Virus record (IMG/VR): IMGVR_UViG_3300049988_000245
Span: 32,001 to 96,000 of that record
Origin: a virus
Taxonomy: Duplodnaviria > Caudoviricetes
DNA length: 64,000 nt
Strand: one strand, 5' to 3'
Each line of letters starts with the position of its first letter. Position 1 is the stretch's first letter. The notes under the pieces were generated by a model, which made no database searches, was not told the origin of the DNA, and saw only the letters and a list, made by a program, of their open reading frames with translations. Both the position numbers and the translations under genes were made by a program. Of this stretch, positions 17,704 to 27,678 are shown one piece after another.

Positions 17704-20700
17704 ATGAGAATCACCGGAGGAATCAAGCCGTTCAGCCAGCAGAAGGTGCGGCTTGGGCAAACGTCGGGTGTTAAAATTGATTGGGACAACCCAACGGGAA
17801 CGCTTGGATCGGTCAACGCCGGAGATGCTTTCAACTTCAATTTTTCTGCCCGCTCATCCGACAACAACGTTGTCAGGTTCTACCTAAAGTCTGGCTCTCT
17901 GCCGGATGGTATGACGCTGTCTGAAAACGGGACGCTGTCGGGGACATCAAACTCTCCGGGCATGTATGCGTTCGTCATCAAGGCGGTTGCAGGTCTCTTC
18001 TCTGTCGAGCGAACCTTCTCAGTCCTCACGAAGGCTATCACGGTCGCTTGGACCTCTCCAGCCACGCTCGGTACGATTCCAGCTTCTATTTCCACCCTGA
18101 CGACCCTGTCCGCAACGGCATCGGATGGCGGCGCGGTCGATTACCAGTTGGTTTCAGGAAGCCCGCCCTCGGGAATGGAGTTTGTCACTTCTGGTGCGGT
18201 CCTTGGCAAGCCCAGCACGGGAGGCACGGCGGCTTTCACCGTTCGAGCCACTCGAAAGGCCAACATCTTCACCGACCGTACGTTCACGCTTGCGGTTGCG
18301 GCACCAATGATCACGTGGACCACGGGTTCGCTTCCGATGACCACCGGAGGAAACGTTTACGATCAAACCGTAGTCGCTACTTCCAACCAAACAAACGCGG
18401 TCCTATCGTACTCAGTCGTTTATGGATCGCTGCCCGCTGGACTTAGCCTTAACTCGGCAACAGGTCGAATCACGGGAGCAGCGTCGAACGTCGGTGGCTC
18501 CTCGGTATTCCGAATTCGTGCGAACGACGGGTATACGTATCTGGACAAAGAATTCACCATTACGGTGAATGAAGACATCATCTCTTGGAACACCCCGTCA
18601 GGCTCTTTTGCTTCGCTCAATGGCGGACAGACCTTCATGGGTACACTCGCGTCTGTTTCTAACATCACAGGCCGTTTGGTTAATCAGTATCGGGTCGTAT
18701 CCGGCGCACTCCCTGCGGGATTGACCCTCGACCCCGTTTCGGGATCGATCTCGGGAACTGCGCAGAACGTCAACGGCCTGTCATCGTTCATCGTTCGTGC
18801 ATCAGACGGGTTTGGATTCGCGGATCGCTCATTCCAGATCACAGTTCTGGCCGACGTCATTACGTGGCAGACTCCGACCCAGGTTACATTCAACGCTGGG
18901 GATGGCGACACGAGCATTCAGCTTAATGCGACTGCGCTTTCTGGAAGCCCAATCACGTATACGGTCGTCTCGGGCACGGTTCCAACTGGATTCTCGTTCA
19001 ATCCCACGACGGCGATTATCAGGGGATCGTCCAGCACGACAGTAACTTCGGCGATCACCATTCGGGCAAGTAATTCGATTACTTCGTCTGAGCGCACGTT
19101 TACGGTTTCCGTCAACGGGGCGCCGGTCTGGTCAACCGTCTCGGGCTCGATCGGTTCGGTTCTTCCGGGTCAGCAGATCAGCTTCTCGTTGATCGCATCC
19201 GATCCGGACGGCATTCAATCATACACGGTCATCCCAGAGGGGTCGCTTGCCGAAACCGTGTCGATTCGCAAGATGGGTAACACCGGCTACCTAACCGGCA
19301 CATTCCCAACTCCCTCGGATCAGTTCCCGCCCACATGGACGACGGATCGTGCCATTCCCACGGTCAACGAGGGCGTGATTCAGCCCATCTCGCTTGCTGC
19401 GGCGCCTAGCTCGGGACGTACGATCTCTCGTTACCTCACCGTGGGTGGCACGCTGCCCTGGGGTCTGGCGATGGCCGCAAATGGTGTCGTATCTGGCTCG
19501 GCTTTCAACCAGATTGACGAGCCCTTCACGCCACTTGCTCCCGCCCCGTTGTTTGCGACTGCGACCGACCTTGGCACGAAGTCCGAAGGCGATTCAGTTT
19601 CCCTAACGATGAATGCCACCTCGGTCGCCGGTAGTTCGATTTCGAACTACTCGTTCGTATCTGGAACCATGCCATGGGGAATCGTTCTGAACGGCTCTAC
19701 CGGTGTGCTATCGGGTACGATCGGCGACATCGAACCGGTCTCTGAAAATGTTGCAGCCGGTCCGGCACCCCGTTGGATGACATCCAATGCGGTCTCTCTG
19801 GCCGTCTTGAACGAGAACGATCCCGTCTCGGGCGTGAAGTTCGAGGCCCTGTCAAATTCCGCGTCGGGTATCCGTGGGTACGTGCTTCAGTCGGGTGCGC
19901 TCCCCTGGGGACTTACGTTGAGCGCAAACACCGGAGACGTCTCGGGTAACCTCGTGTTCGATCTCATGGACACGCCATTCGTATCTGCGCCCGGTCCGAC
20001 CTTCATCACGGCTTCCGACATGGGCACGGCCAGTGAAGGAACTCCGCTATCCGCAACGATCAAGGCGACACCCGTCACCGGTAATGCCGTGACCTCTTAC
20101 GCCCTAGTCGGCGGAATCCTCCCATGGGGTATCACGGTTAATTTGAACGGCGTGATCTCTGGAACGATCGATAACATCGAACCAATCTCGGACGCCCCTG
20201 CGAATCTTCTGCCTCCGACGTGGATGACCAACGCCTCGCTGCTCTACTCGGGTGACGAGAACTCCACGTTCACCATGAACGTCTCCGCGACCCCGTCGAG
20301 CAATCGTACGGTAGTGTCCTACAACATCGCCAATGGTGCGATTCCGTGGGGCGTAACGCTGAACAATCTTGGTACTCTCTCGGGCACGATCTCGAACATC
20401 GAACCGGTCCGTGATCCCGTTGTGATTCCGGAAGGCCCGATCTGGCAGACCTCGAATGCGACCGTGCTGTTCGCGGGCGACGAAATCATGTCGTTCAACG
20501 CTACCGTAGTCGCGAATTCCGCTACGAATACGGGCATCGCCGCATACACGATCACCAAGGGTGGAGCCCCGTGGGGCGTCTCTCTCAATTCGAAGACCGG
20601 CCAGTTCACCGGAAACGTTACGTTGATCGAGCAGGACGACCCGTTCGTGGTCACGAACACTCCGGTATTCGTAACCCCGGCGGGTAGCCTGGGTACGGTC

Positions 20701-21831
20701 GATGAAGGCACTGTCATGACGACGCCAATCATTGTTACGCCTGGACCACGCTCGGCCCCCGTGAGTGGTTATTCGGTTGTTGCTGGCGCGATCCCTTGGG
20801 GCCTCACTCTGAGCCAGACCGGTGTCCTTTCGGGAACGATCGATAACATCGAGCCGATCGTCGAAATGACCGCGAATCTTAATCCCCCGGTATGGCAGAC
20901 GAACGCCGCAACCCTCTACTCGGGCGATGAGCTTAGCTCATTCTCGACTACTGTGATGGCGAACGCCGCGACCAACAAGACCGTCGTTTCGTACACCGTC
21001 ATGAATGGGACGATTCCGTGGGGAACGACCCTGAACAGTGCGGGCGTCCTCACCGGAACCATCTGGGGAATCGAGCCAGTATCCGATCCAGTGGCGATTC
21101 CGGCTGCTCCAGTCTGGATCACCGCAAACACCTCGGTGCTCTTCTCGGGTGACGAGATCATGCCGTTCACCGCCACCGTGGTTGCGAACTCCGCCACGAA
21201 TACGGGGATCGCCGCCTACATGATTGCGAACGGCACCGTCCCCTGGGGCGTAACGCTGAACTCGAAGACCGGTCAGTTCACCGGCAACGTGACGCTGATC
21301 GAGCGCGATGACCCGTTCATCGTGACCACCCCGCCGGTATTCACCACCCCCGGCGATCTGGGGACGGTCAACGAAGGCGCTCTGATCTCTCAGAGCATCG
21401 TGGCGCTCCCAGGGGCGGCTTCCATCCCTGTGGCTACCTACGCGGTCTCTGGTGGAGCTATGCCGTGGGGAATCACCCTGAGCCCATCTGGTACGCTATC
21501 TGGAACGATCGATAACATCGAGCCAGTCAGCGAAGGAATCGTTCTTGGGACACCCCCATCGTTTACGACTCCGGCGGGCTCGCTCGGAACGTTCTCGAAC
21601 TCAGCAACCGTCAGCACCTCTGTGAGTGCGACTCTAGCAGGTTCATCCATCTCTTATGGAGTTCAATCGGGCACGCTTCCTTGGGGTGTTGTCCTAAATC
21701 AAACGAACGGTTCTATTTCTGGATCATTGAATCCTACTGATGATTCAAATCGTACATTTGCTTTCTCAATTAGAGCTTTTTCGTCAAATGCAGGTTATAT
21801 TGACCGTGCATTCTCTATTACTGTTCAGTAA
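17704..21831 (+). CDS. Ig-repeat (He_PIG/cadherin-like) fibre protein
   Basis: About 17 repeats of WxT...Y.vvsGxLPxGlxL..xGxlsG; about 10 central repeats lack the final beta-hairpin. Confidence 0.8.
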   Translation: MRITGGIKPFSQQKVRLGQTSGVKIDWDNPTGTLGSVNAGDAFNFNFSARSSDNNVVRFYLKSGSLPDGMTLSENGTLSGTSNSPGMYAFVIKAVAGLFSVERTFSVLTKAITVAWTSPATLGTIPASISTLTTLSATASDGGAVDYQLVSGSPPSGMEFVTSGAVLGKPSTGGTAAFTVRATRKANIFTDRTFTLAVAAPMITWTTGSLPMTTGGNVYDQTVVATSNQTNAVLSYSVVYGSLPAGLSLNSATGRITGAASNVGGSSVFRIRANDGYTYLDKEFTITVNEDIISWNTPSGSFASLNGGQTFMGTLASVSNITGRLVNQYRVVSGALPAGLTLDPVSGSISGTAQNVNGLSSFIVRASDGFGFADRSFQITVLADVITWQTPTQVTFNAGDGDTSIQLNATALSGSPITYTVVSGTVPTGFSFNPTTAIIRGSSSTTVTSAITIRASNSITSSERTFTVSVNGAPVWSTVSGSIGSVLPGQQISFSLIASDPDGIQSYTVIPEGSLAETVSIRKMGNTGYLTGTFPTPSDQFPPTWTTDRAIPTVNEGVIQPISLAAAPSSGRTISRYLTVGGTLPWGLAMAANGVVSGSAFNQIDEPFTPLAPAPLFATATDLGTKSEGDSVSLTMNATSVAGSSISNYSFVSGTMPWGIVLNGSTGVLSGTIGDIEPVSENVAAGPAPRWMTSNAVSLAVLNENDPVSGVKFEALSNSASGIRGYVLQSGALPWGLTLSANTGDVSGNLVFDLMDTPFVSAPGPTFITASDMGTASEGTPLSATIKATPVTGNAVTSYALVGGILPWGITVNLNGVISGTIDNIEPISDAPANLLPPTWMTNASLLYSGDENSTFTMNVSATPSSNRTVVSYNIANGAIPWGVTLNNLGTLSGTISNIEPVRDPVVIPEGPIWQTSNATVLFAGDEIMSFNATVVANSATNTGIAAYTITKGGAPWGVSLNSKTGQFTGNVTLIEQDDPFVVTNTPVFVTPAGSLGTVDEGTVMTTPIIVTPGPRSAPVSGYSVVAGAIPWGLTLSQTGVLSGTIDNIEPIVEMTANLNPPVWQTNAATLYSGDELSSFSTTVMANAATNKTVVSYTVMNGTIPWGTTLNSAGVLTGTIWGIEPVSDPVAIPAAPVWITANTSVLFSGDEIMPFTATVVANSATNTGIAAYMIANGTVPWGVTLNSKTGQFTGNVTLIERDDPFIVTTPPVFTTPGDLGTVNEGALISQSIVALPGAASIPVATYAVSGGAMPWGITLSPSGTLSGTIDNIEPVSEGIVLGTPPSFTTPAGSLGTFSNSATVSTSVSATLAGSSISYGVQSGTLPWGVVLNQTNGSISGSLNPTDDSNRTFAFSIRAFSSNAGYIDRAFSITVQ

Positions 21832-21848
21832 ATTTAAAGGATCAATTT

Positions 21849-22910
21849 ATGGCGACTTATAACTTTACGATTCGCGCTACCGATAACGTTGGCGCCTATG
21901 CGGATCGCAACTTCTCGATCAATGTCAACAACACGATTTATGACCGATTCGTTGCTGTCGGCAACGCCGGTCTCGCCCGTTCACCCGATGGTGTGAATTG
22001 GCTTTGGGAAGCTGGTCTGTCGGGAGAGGGCGTTGCTTTTGGTGGCGGCAAATGGCTGGTTTGGAACGGCACAACGTTTCGCTCTTCACCCGATGGAACC
22101 TCTTGGACCAACTATACCCCGACGTTTACCGGCGCGAGCGTTGGTGGTGTCTCCCGTATCAAATACCGTATCGCGAATAGCACGTGGGTCGCGCACACTT
22201 ACTATTTCAATGGGTCGAGCTATTCATATGATGAATTTAGTTCCACCGATGCCGTAACATGGGCGAGATCAACAAATATCTTTACCGGCGGTGGCAACAC
22301 TCTGTCGTATGCAACCTGTGACTTCGATCATGACGCCGCAGGTAATTGCGTTGCTTATCTCAATGGTGGAGCAACTTTCTACAAGCCAGCCGCTTCATCT
22401 ACATGGACAAGCCAGTCAATTAGCGGCCTCGGTCAAATTTCTGCCAGCACTTTTTGGGGAAATGTTCGAAACTATAACGGCTTGTGGATCATTTCGGCTG
22501 GCTCATCAAACGTTGCCACGTCAGTTGATGGTACCAATTGGGTCGGGCGCGCCACCGGTGCCGCTCAGTATGGTCTGCTGTATCTGAACGGTCGAATCCT
22601 TTCTCTTCCTACGAATACTGGAGCCAACACGTCCGCGACAATCCGAGAAAGCCTTACTGCGGGTCGTTCATGGGCAGGCCGCACTGGAGCAACTGCATCC
22701 AATAATCTTCCGTACGGACTGCTTACCGGCACGGGTGGAAATACGTATAAGCAGCCTATGTGCTATTTCGGCGGCACGCTACTGGCTCACTCAAACGGCA
22801 ACACTGCACTTTCTAGAAGCGTGGATGATGGTCTTACGTTTACGAGCTTTGCACCGGCCGGTTCATCAGGGGTATTCAACGCAATTGCTGCTCGTGACGG
22901 TATTAGCTAA
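21849..22910 (+). CDS. beta-propeller (BNR/Asp-box) adhesin with N-terminal Ig hairpin
   Basis: Repeated SxDGxxW Asp-boxes; begins MATYNFTIRATDNVGAYADRNFSINVN. Confidence 0.7.
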   Translation: MATYNFTIRATDNVGAYADRNFSINVNNTIYDRFVAVGNAGLARSPDGVNWLWEAGLSGEGVAFGGGKWLVWNGTTFRSSPDGTSWTNYTPTFTGASVGGVSRIKYRIANSTWVAHTYYFNGSSYSYDEFSSTDAVTWARSTNIFTGGGNTLSYATCDFDHDAAGNCVAYLNGGATFYKPAASSTWTSQSISGLGQISASTFWGNVRNYNGLWIISAGSSNVATSVDGTNWVGRATGAAQYGLLYLNGRILSLPTNTGANTSATIRESLTAGRSWAGRTGATASNNLPYGLLTGTGGNTYKQPMCYFGGTLLAHSNGNTALSRSVDDGLTFTSFAPAGSSGVFNAIAARDGIS

Positions 22911-22928
22911 GATTTTGAGGTAAAATAA

Positions 22929-24092
22929 ATGGCAACCTATAACTTTACAGTCCGTGCGATTGATAATTCTGGTGCATTTTCAGATCGCAACTTTGCGATG
23001 ACTGTGAATAACACTCAGGTAGATCGTTTTATCATTTCCACTTATAATGGATTCCTTCGTTCTACCGATGGGACTACTTGGAATCTCGACCAGAATATTT
23101 ATAGCGAACAGGTTCGTTGGGAAAATAACCAATGGATTGGATACTCGTCAAATGCGTACGCCTATACTGGAACTATTCGCACATCTGTCGATGGCTTGAA
23201 TTGGAAAAGCATCACACCCACAGTTCCCTTCAGAGCGGCAATCACTTCGACTGAAGGATTTAGCAACCTTTTGTTTCAGGGTTGGAATTCTATCAAATAC
23301 CGCAAGGGTGCTTGGAGAGGTTTTGCGATCGTCTATGCAACACTCAATTCTACTGGTGTGGTTTGGTACTTGTACGAAGAGTACTCATCTCCTGATCTTG
23401 TTAATTGGACTCCGGTGGGACAAGTAACTGCCAGAGTTGGTACGTCGGTAAATCTTGGCAACGGCGTTGTGGACTTTGATTATGATCCTGCTACGGATAC
23501 GACTGTGGCGTTGTTTTCTAATTATCAACAAGGCGGATGTTTTGGTTATCGTAGAGTTGGCACAGGAGCTTGGGGAAATATTTATATCACAGGTACCAGC
23601 CTGGGAGGTACTGTTCCCCTAGAGTCTTCACGAACCGGTTTTACTTCTTCGACCAGAACAGGAAAAGTGTTCTTCCAAAACGGCGTATGGATTATTTCGA
23701 TCGGTGCGATTCTTGTTTGGACCAGCACGGATGGGAATAATTTTATTACGCGAGACCTGTCTATTTCTTCGGCTGGTATCGGTAATGTGATATACTCGAA
23801 CGGTCGGCTACTTGCATATCCGATGAACTCAACGGGCCTAACCAACCCGCTTCTGCAAAGCACGAATGCGGGCCATACTTGGACAACCCGACCGATCACT
23901 TCGACGCAGAAACTTTTGTCTACTTTTACTTCAAATCAAATGAATCGCCAGAATATTGCTTCCTATGGTGGCACGATTATCGCGATCTCGCCAGCAGAGG
24001 CAAACATCGTCGTTTCGAAGGACGACGGTTTAAACTGGTCTCTGATTAATGTGGGTGGCACTCCAATTAGCATCGCCTCCCGCGAGAGCTAA
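22929..24092 (+). CDS. second beta-propeller adhesin with N-terminal Ig hairpin
   Basis: SxDGxxW repeats; begins MATYNFTVRAIDNSGAFSDRNFAMTVN. Confidence 0.7.
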   Translation: MATYNFTVRAIDNSGAFSDRNFAMTVNNTQVDRFIISTYNGFLRSTDGTTWNLDQNIYSEQVRWENNQWIGYSSNAYAYTGTIRTSVDGLNWKSITPTVPFRAAITSTEGFSNLLFQGWNSIKYRKGAWRGFAIVYATLNSTGVVWYLYEEYSSPDLVNWTPVGQVTARVGTSVNLGNGVVDFDYDPATDTTVALFSNYQQGGCFGYRRVGTGAWGNIYITGTSLGGTVPLESSRTGFTSSTRTGKVFFQNGVWIISIGAILVWTSTDGNNFITRDLSISSAGIGNVIYSNGRLLAYPMNSTGLTNPLLQSTNAGHTWTTRPITSTQKLLSTFTSNQMNRQNIASYGGTIIAISPAEANIVVSKDDGLNWSLINVGGTPISIASRES

Positions 24093-24158
24093 TCCATACA
24101 ACTCCGGGTCCTACGGGACCCGGAGTTTCCGCCTACTGGAGGCTGAAAATGGAGAGAG

Positions 24159-24422
24159 TCAACCCCATCGCATCTTGAAGGCGAACGCGTCATTCTCATC
24201 GGAAAAATAGAATGCGTCGCCTGCATCGATCCAGCGATTGCAATAGGTGGACCTGTGGGACGGGTACAAGACGGGTCCGAACTGCTCCGTGCACCACTCA
24301 ATCATCTCGGGGCTGGCCCCGTCATTAGTCCAGATCAGATGAGGGAATTGCCGATAGAGGTTCTTTTCCCTGATGGCTTGGCGCTTGGCCAACACGCTAT
24401 CCCAAAGGCTCATCAGCCCCAC
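24159..24422 (-). CDS. small-domain paralog family member
   Basis: MIEWCTEQFG...FYFSDENDAFAFKMRWG. Confidence 0.7.
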   Translation of the reverse strand: MGLMSLWDSVLAKRQAIREKNLYRQFPHLIWTNDGASPEMIEWCTEQFGPVLYPSHRSTYCNRWIDAGDAFYFSDENDAFAFKMRWG

Positions 24423-24631
24423 CGCATCTTGCAGGCAAATGCCGTATTTTTATCGGTGAAGTATAGACGCTGGCACTTCTCGGTCGAGTCATATGCCAGC
24501 GTCCACTTACCCTTTTGTTCGGGAAGAGTTAACCAATCCCGAACATAACCGAGATACTTGATTTTCTCTCGATCGAGGATGAAGCTCTCCGGCATCTCGG
24601 TATGTCGATGATGCGGGAGATACTTCGCCAT
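24413..24631 (-). CDS. small-domain paralog family member
   Basis: VRDWLTLP...LYFTDKNTAFACKMRWG. Confidence 0.65.
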   Translation of the reverse strand: MAKYLPHHRHTEMPESFILDREKIKYLGYVRDWLTLPEQKGKWTLAYDSTEKCQRLYFTDKNTAFACKMRWG

Positions 24632-25104
24632 CAGATGACGCCGTGCGCCTTCAGGAATGCGATGCACTTCTGCGCGTCGCCGTCGTACCGATAGGCGCGA
24701 CCCCCTGCCTTCTCCCACCGCTTGGTGTTCTTCGACATGTCGTCCACGAGCCAGTCACCGGGCTGCTTCATGTGAAGAGCCTTGTTCTTGGACAGGCAGG
24801 TGATGACCTTCTTGTGCGCGAAGTGGCCATTGGCCCACCACGACATCTTGGACTCGGCAGCGCGCTCGTAGTCCCCCTTGGGGCATCCGGTGAGGACAGT
24901 CGGCTCGACATGCTTGATCGCGTCCCAAAGCTCGATCGCTCCGGGCTTCATCGGCATGTGGGACCAGAACGTGTCCGAGGCGTTCGCCTTGGCCCACATC
25001 TCGTCATCATTCATATCTTTTGGATATTGGCCGAACAGATCGAAGATGTGCTGGTCGAAATCCGCAAAAACGCCGTCAGAATCTACGAATAAGTGGTTTG
25101 ACAT
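24631..25104 (-). CDS. HAD-family 5'(3')-deoxyribonucleotidase-like protein
   Basis: LFVDSDGVFADFD, VLTG, K, LVDD motifs. Confidence 0.8.
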   Translation of the reverse strand: MSNHLFVDSDGVFADFDQHIFDLFGQYPKDMNDDEMWAKANASDTFWSHMPMKPGAIELWDAIKHVEPTVLTGCPKGDYERAAESKMSWWANGHFAHKKVITCLSKNKALHMKQPGDWLVDDMSKNTKRWEKAGGRAYRYDGDAQKCIAFLKAHGVI

Positions 25105-25181
25105 AATTCCTCCAAAGTCAATTGATGTGCGGATTAAGCACCGTTGTCAACCCTGGAGGCAATTTTCGTGTTACGAAAAAT

Positions 25182-25910
25182 TCACTTGCGGCGAGTCAGT
25201 CTGTCGAGTTCCGCATTCAGGTTGATCACCTTCGGGCGGGAGCCATATGGCTTTCCAGAGATTCGAGCGCGTTCCTGCTCATCTCGGAGCATGGATTGAA
25301 TCTTCTTGATCCGAGCCTTGACCGTTTCGTCTTCTGATTCGTTTTCCACAAGAGCATCATTCAGGTCGGTAATCTTCGGAACCGGGAGTTTTCCACGCTC
25401 CGCGACCATCGCAACCTCCTCGACACCGCGCATGAGGTATTCCTTACCACCCGTGGCGGTGCGGACCTTCAGCGCACAATTCTGAAGCTCGCCGCCCTGG
25501 TCCTCGAAGAACACGCGCATGAGCTTGATCAACTGCGACGCGCTGGCGCCCTCGAAGATCATGTACTGATTCGGGTTGTTCCGATTTTGAGAGGCAACGC
25601 GAATCCAACCTTTGGCGCAGACCGCGTTCATCACGACAGGGTCGCGATCCTTGCCGGTGGCACCATGAAGTTCCTCGGCGGTGACACCGAACTCTTCCGG
25701 GTTCTTCATGACCTGCTGGACGTGGTTGTTGATGCCCACAACAGGGACGAACTCGCCGTTGGCGGAATTGTACCAGCTACGGTAGGCGTACTTGTAAGAG
25801 AGCTTCCAGGCCGCCTCAAGTAGGGACTGGTACTTGCGGCGCTGTTCCGGCTGATGCTCAGCGGCTTCTGCTGTCGAACCAAGTAGGTTCAAAATGCTAC
25901 GAATGTCCAC
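25182..25910 (-). CDS. putative packaged protein
   Basis: GTG start MDIRSILNLL; TAAATA on - near 25943. Confidence 0.45.
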   Translation of the reverse strand: MDIRSILNLLGSTAEAAEHQPEQRRKYQSLLEAAWKLSYKYAYRSWYNSANGEFVPVVGINNHVQQVMKNPEEFGVTAEELHGATGKDRDPVVMNAVCAKGWIRVASQNRNNPNQYMIFEGASASQLIKLMRVFFEDQGGELQNCALKVRTATGGKEYLMRGVEEVAMVAERGKLPVPKITDLNDALVENESEDETVKARIKKIQSMLRDEQERARISGKPYGSRPKVINLNAELDRLTRRK

Positions 25911-26088
25911 AAATAGGACTCCCAAAATGAAATGACTTAATATTTATCCGTTTGGGAGGTTTGGACGGGCTACCAGCCCCACCCAGGGGGCTGGCCCGGT
26001 TTTCCCAGGGAGGGCCAATGGCTGTCCCTGGGTCCTGATGTCGGGGCCGCGTAACTCCGGAGAGCAGAGGGGGCGCACCGACTATTCG

Positions 26089-26319
26089 TCATCCATGCAT
26101 GATCGCGATAACCGCCTGGGTCTCATCGCGGTACCACACCCGAATACGGTACTTGTCGAACGGCTCGATCACCTGCTTTGCGCGGGTAGCCCATTCGATC
26201 TTGTAGATATGCGTGAACCTCTGGAGGTAGTCGAGGGCGTCGAACAGATTTAGACCGACCAGATCGAGGTCGTCCAGGGCACATTGAAGCCCATAGTTCT
26301 TCTGCATTTCCGCGTTCAT
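26089..26319 (-). CDS. hypothetical protein
   Basis: Coupled to the GNAT gene stop. Confidence 0.45.
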   Translation of the reverse strand: MNAEMQKNYGLQCALDDLDLVGLNLFDALDYLQRFTHIYKIEWATRAKQVIEPFDKYRIRVWYRDETQAVIAIMHG

Positions 26320-26873
26320 GCGGCCACCACGTGGGCATTGTACCCGACATAGCGGAAAAACAGCTTGGTTCCGTAGGAGAGCCACCCCAGATTCTCTTCC
26401 GAGAGCGCCTTGTACGTGAGCGGGTAATCGACCGGCTTCAGATCGACCGTCGCAATGGCCGTCTCATGATCACGCTCGATCACGAACCCGAGGGCGAGCA
26501 GGCGGCGCATCATCCAGCGATTCTGGGTCAGGCATTGAGAAGAGAATCGTTTGGCACGAAAGCGGGACCATTCAACCGCTCTGGCCAGGAGGTTCGCGCC
26601 GTTTCCGGCTTTCCGGAAGGGCTCTTCCACGGACAGGCCGAGGTCGGCGGTTCCGTGGGCAAACGCGACGTGCGCGGCGGCGCGAAGCGTACAGTTTTCG
26701 TCGAAGAATCCGAAAATCGCGTCTTGGGTCAGATCGATCCCAGAGACATACCGGTTGATAGCCTCGTCCGTAGTGGACGATTCGAATCGCATCATGCGAT
26801 CGTTATAATCGAGGCGCTTCAGATGCTCCTCAAATTTCCACCGCTCCATAGGAAGCAGCATACGAATGGTCAT
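26316..26873 (-). CDS. GNAT N-acetyltransferase (host-like)
   Basis: LGLSVEEPFRKAGNGANLL (motif A); NRWM. Confidence 0.75.
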   Translation of the reverse strand: MTIRMLLPMERWKFEEHLKRLDYNDRMMRFESSTTDEAINRYVSGIDLTQDAIFGFFDENCTLRAAAHVAFAHGTADLGLSVEEPFRKAGNGANLLARAVEWSRFRAKRFSSQCLTQNRWMMRRLLALGFVIERDHETAIATVDLKPVDYPLTYKALSEENLGWLSYGTKLFFRYVGYNAHVVAA

Positions 26874-26973
26874 TGGAAATGCCTCGAAAAATAGCTGAGT
26901 ACCGCTGGGGAAAGCGGAGTATTTATTCAACTACATTTCAAGGCGCAGCCGCAATATTTTCGCGACGTGAATT

Positions 26974-27342
26974 CTAGTTGGCTGGATCGTTGTAGTAATT
27001 CGATACGTACTGGAAGTCGTCCGCCGACATCCGAATCTTCCCGTCCTTCGCGCCGATCGCCAAGGCGAGCAGGACTTTCATCTCTCGGATGTGGTGACCG
27101 TGCCAGTAATAAGTCGCGTTCACACCTGCGAGTTCTCTGAGATTCTTGTCGGCCTTTTGGGTCGCTTGATCCGCCGTGAGGGTCACATCGAGCCCGAAGA
27201 ACTTGCGTGGCTTACTGTACTCAGCGATCCTCTCCTGACGCAACCGGACGCGCTCGGCCTCCCGCCACTCGATGGCGTCTTTCAGAGCCGCAACAACGCG
27301 CGGGGCGCTGACTTCGGCCGAGGTGAATGCCTTGTCGGTCAT
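26974..27342 (-). CDS. hypothetical protein
   Basis: GGAG RBS before MTDKAF; TAG stop. Confidence 0.5.
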   Translation of the reverse strand: MTDKAFTSAEVSAPRVVAALKDAIEWREAERVRLRQERIAEYSKPRKFFGLDVTLTADQATQKADKNLRELAGVNATYYWHGHHIREMKVLLALAIGAKDGKIRMSADDFQYVSNYYNDPAN

Positions 27343-27575
27343 CTGTGCTCTCCATAGTCGTTGAATTCGATCCGGCGGGTCTTCCAGGGCTTCCACATGA
27401 GGAGATCGGCGCAGCAGAAGCCGACGCCCCCGGCGAGGTAGGAGTACCAGTTGATCCCGCCAGCCGCCCAGGGAAGCCACGAGATGGCAAAACCGATTGG
27501 CGCGGTCACCGAGGTTCCGATGAGGAATAGCGCGGTCTGCCGGTAAATCTCGTACTTGAGCGGCGTGTTCAACAT
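27339..27575 (-). CDS. small membrane protein
   Basis: Two hydrophobic segments; directly downstream of the tRNAs. Confidence 0.5.
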   Translation of the reverse strand: MLNTPLKYEIYRQTALFLIGTSVTAPIGFAISWLPWAAGGINWYSYLAGGVGFCCADLLMWKPWKTRRIEFNDYGEHR

Positions 27576-27597
27576 GAAATACCCCGGATGAATAAAA

Positions 27598-27672
27598 TGG
27601 CGTCCCCTCAGGGATTCGAACCCTGGATCGCGGAGTTAGAAGCCGCTGCCTTAACCGCTTGGCTAAGGGGAC
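27598..27672 (-). tRNA. tRNA with CUA anticodon (amber suppressor-like), Gln-type D-arm, encoded CCA
   Basis: GUCCCCU/AGGGGAC acceptor, G73, D-arm GCC-AAGCGGUUAA-GGC, anticodon arm GCGGC-UUCUAAC-UCCGC, T-arm CAGGG-UUCGAAU-CCCUG. Confidence 0.85.
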
Positions 27673-27678
27673 ATACGG

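Noticed and set aside
26030-26065. Hammerhead-like CTGATGT...GAGA
   Set aside because: Two essential core positions deviate.
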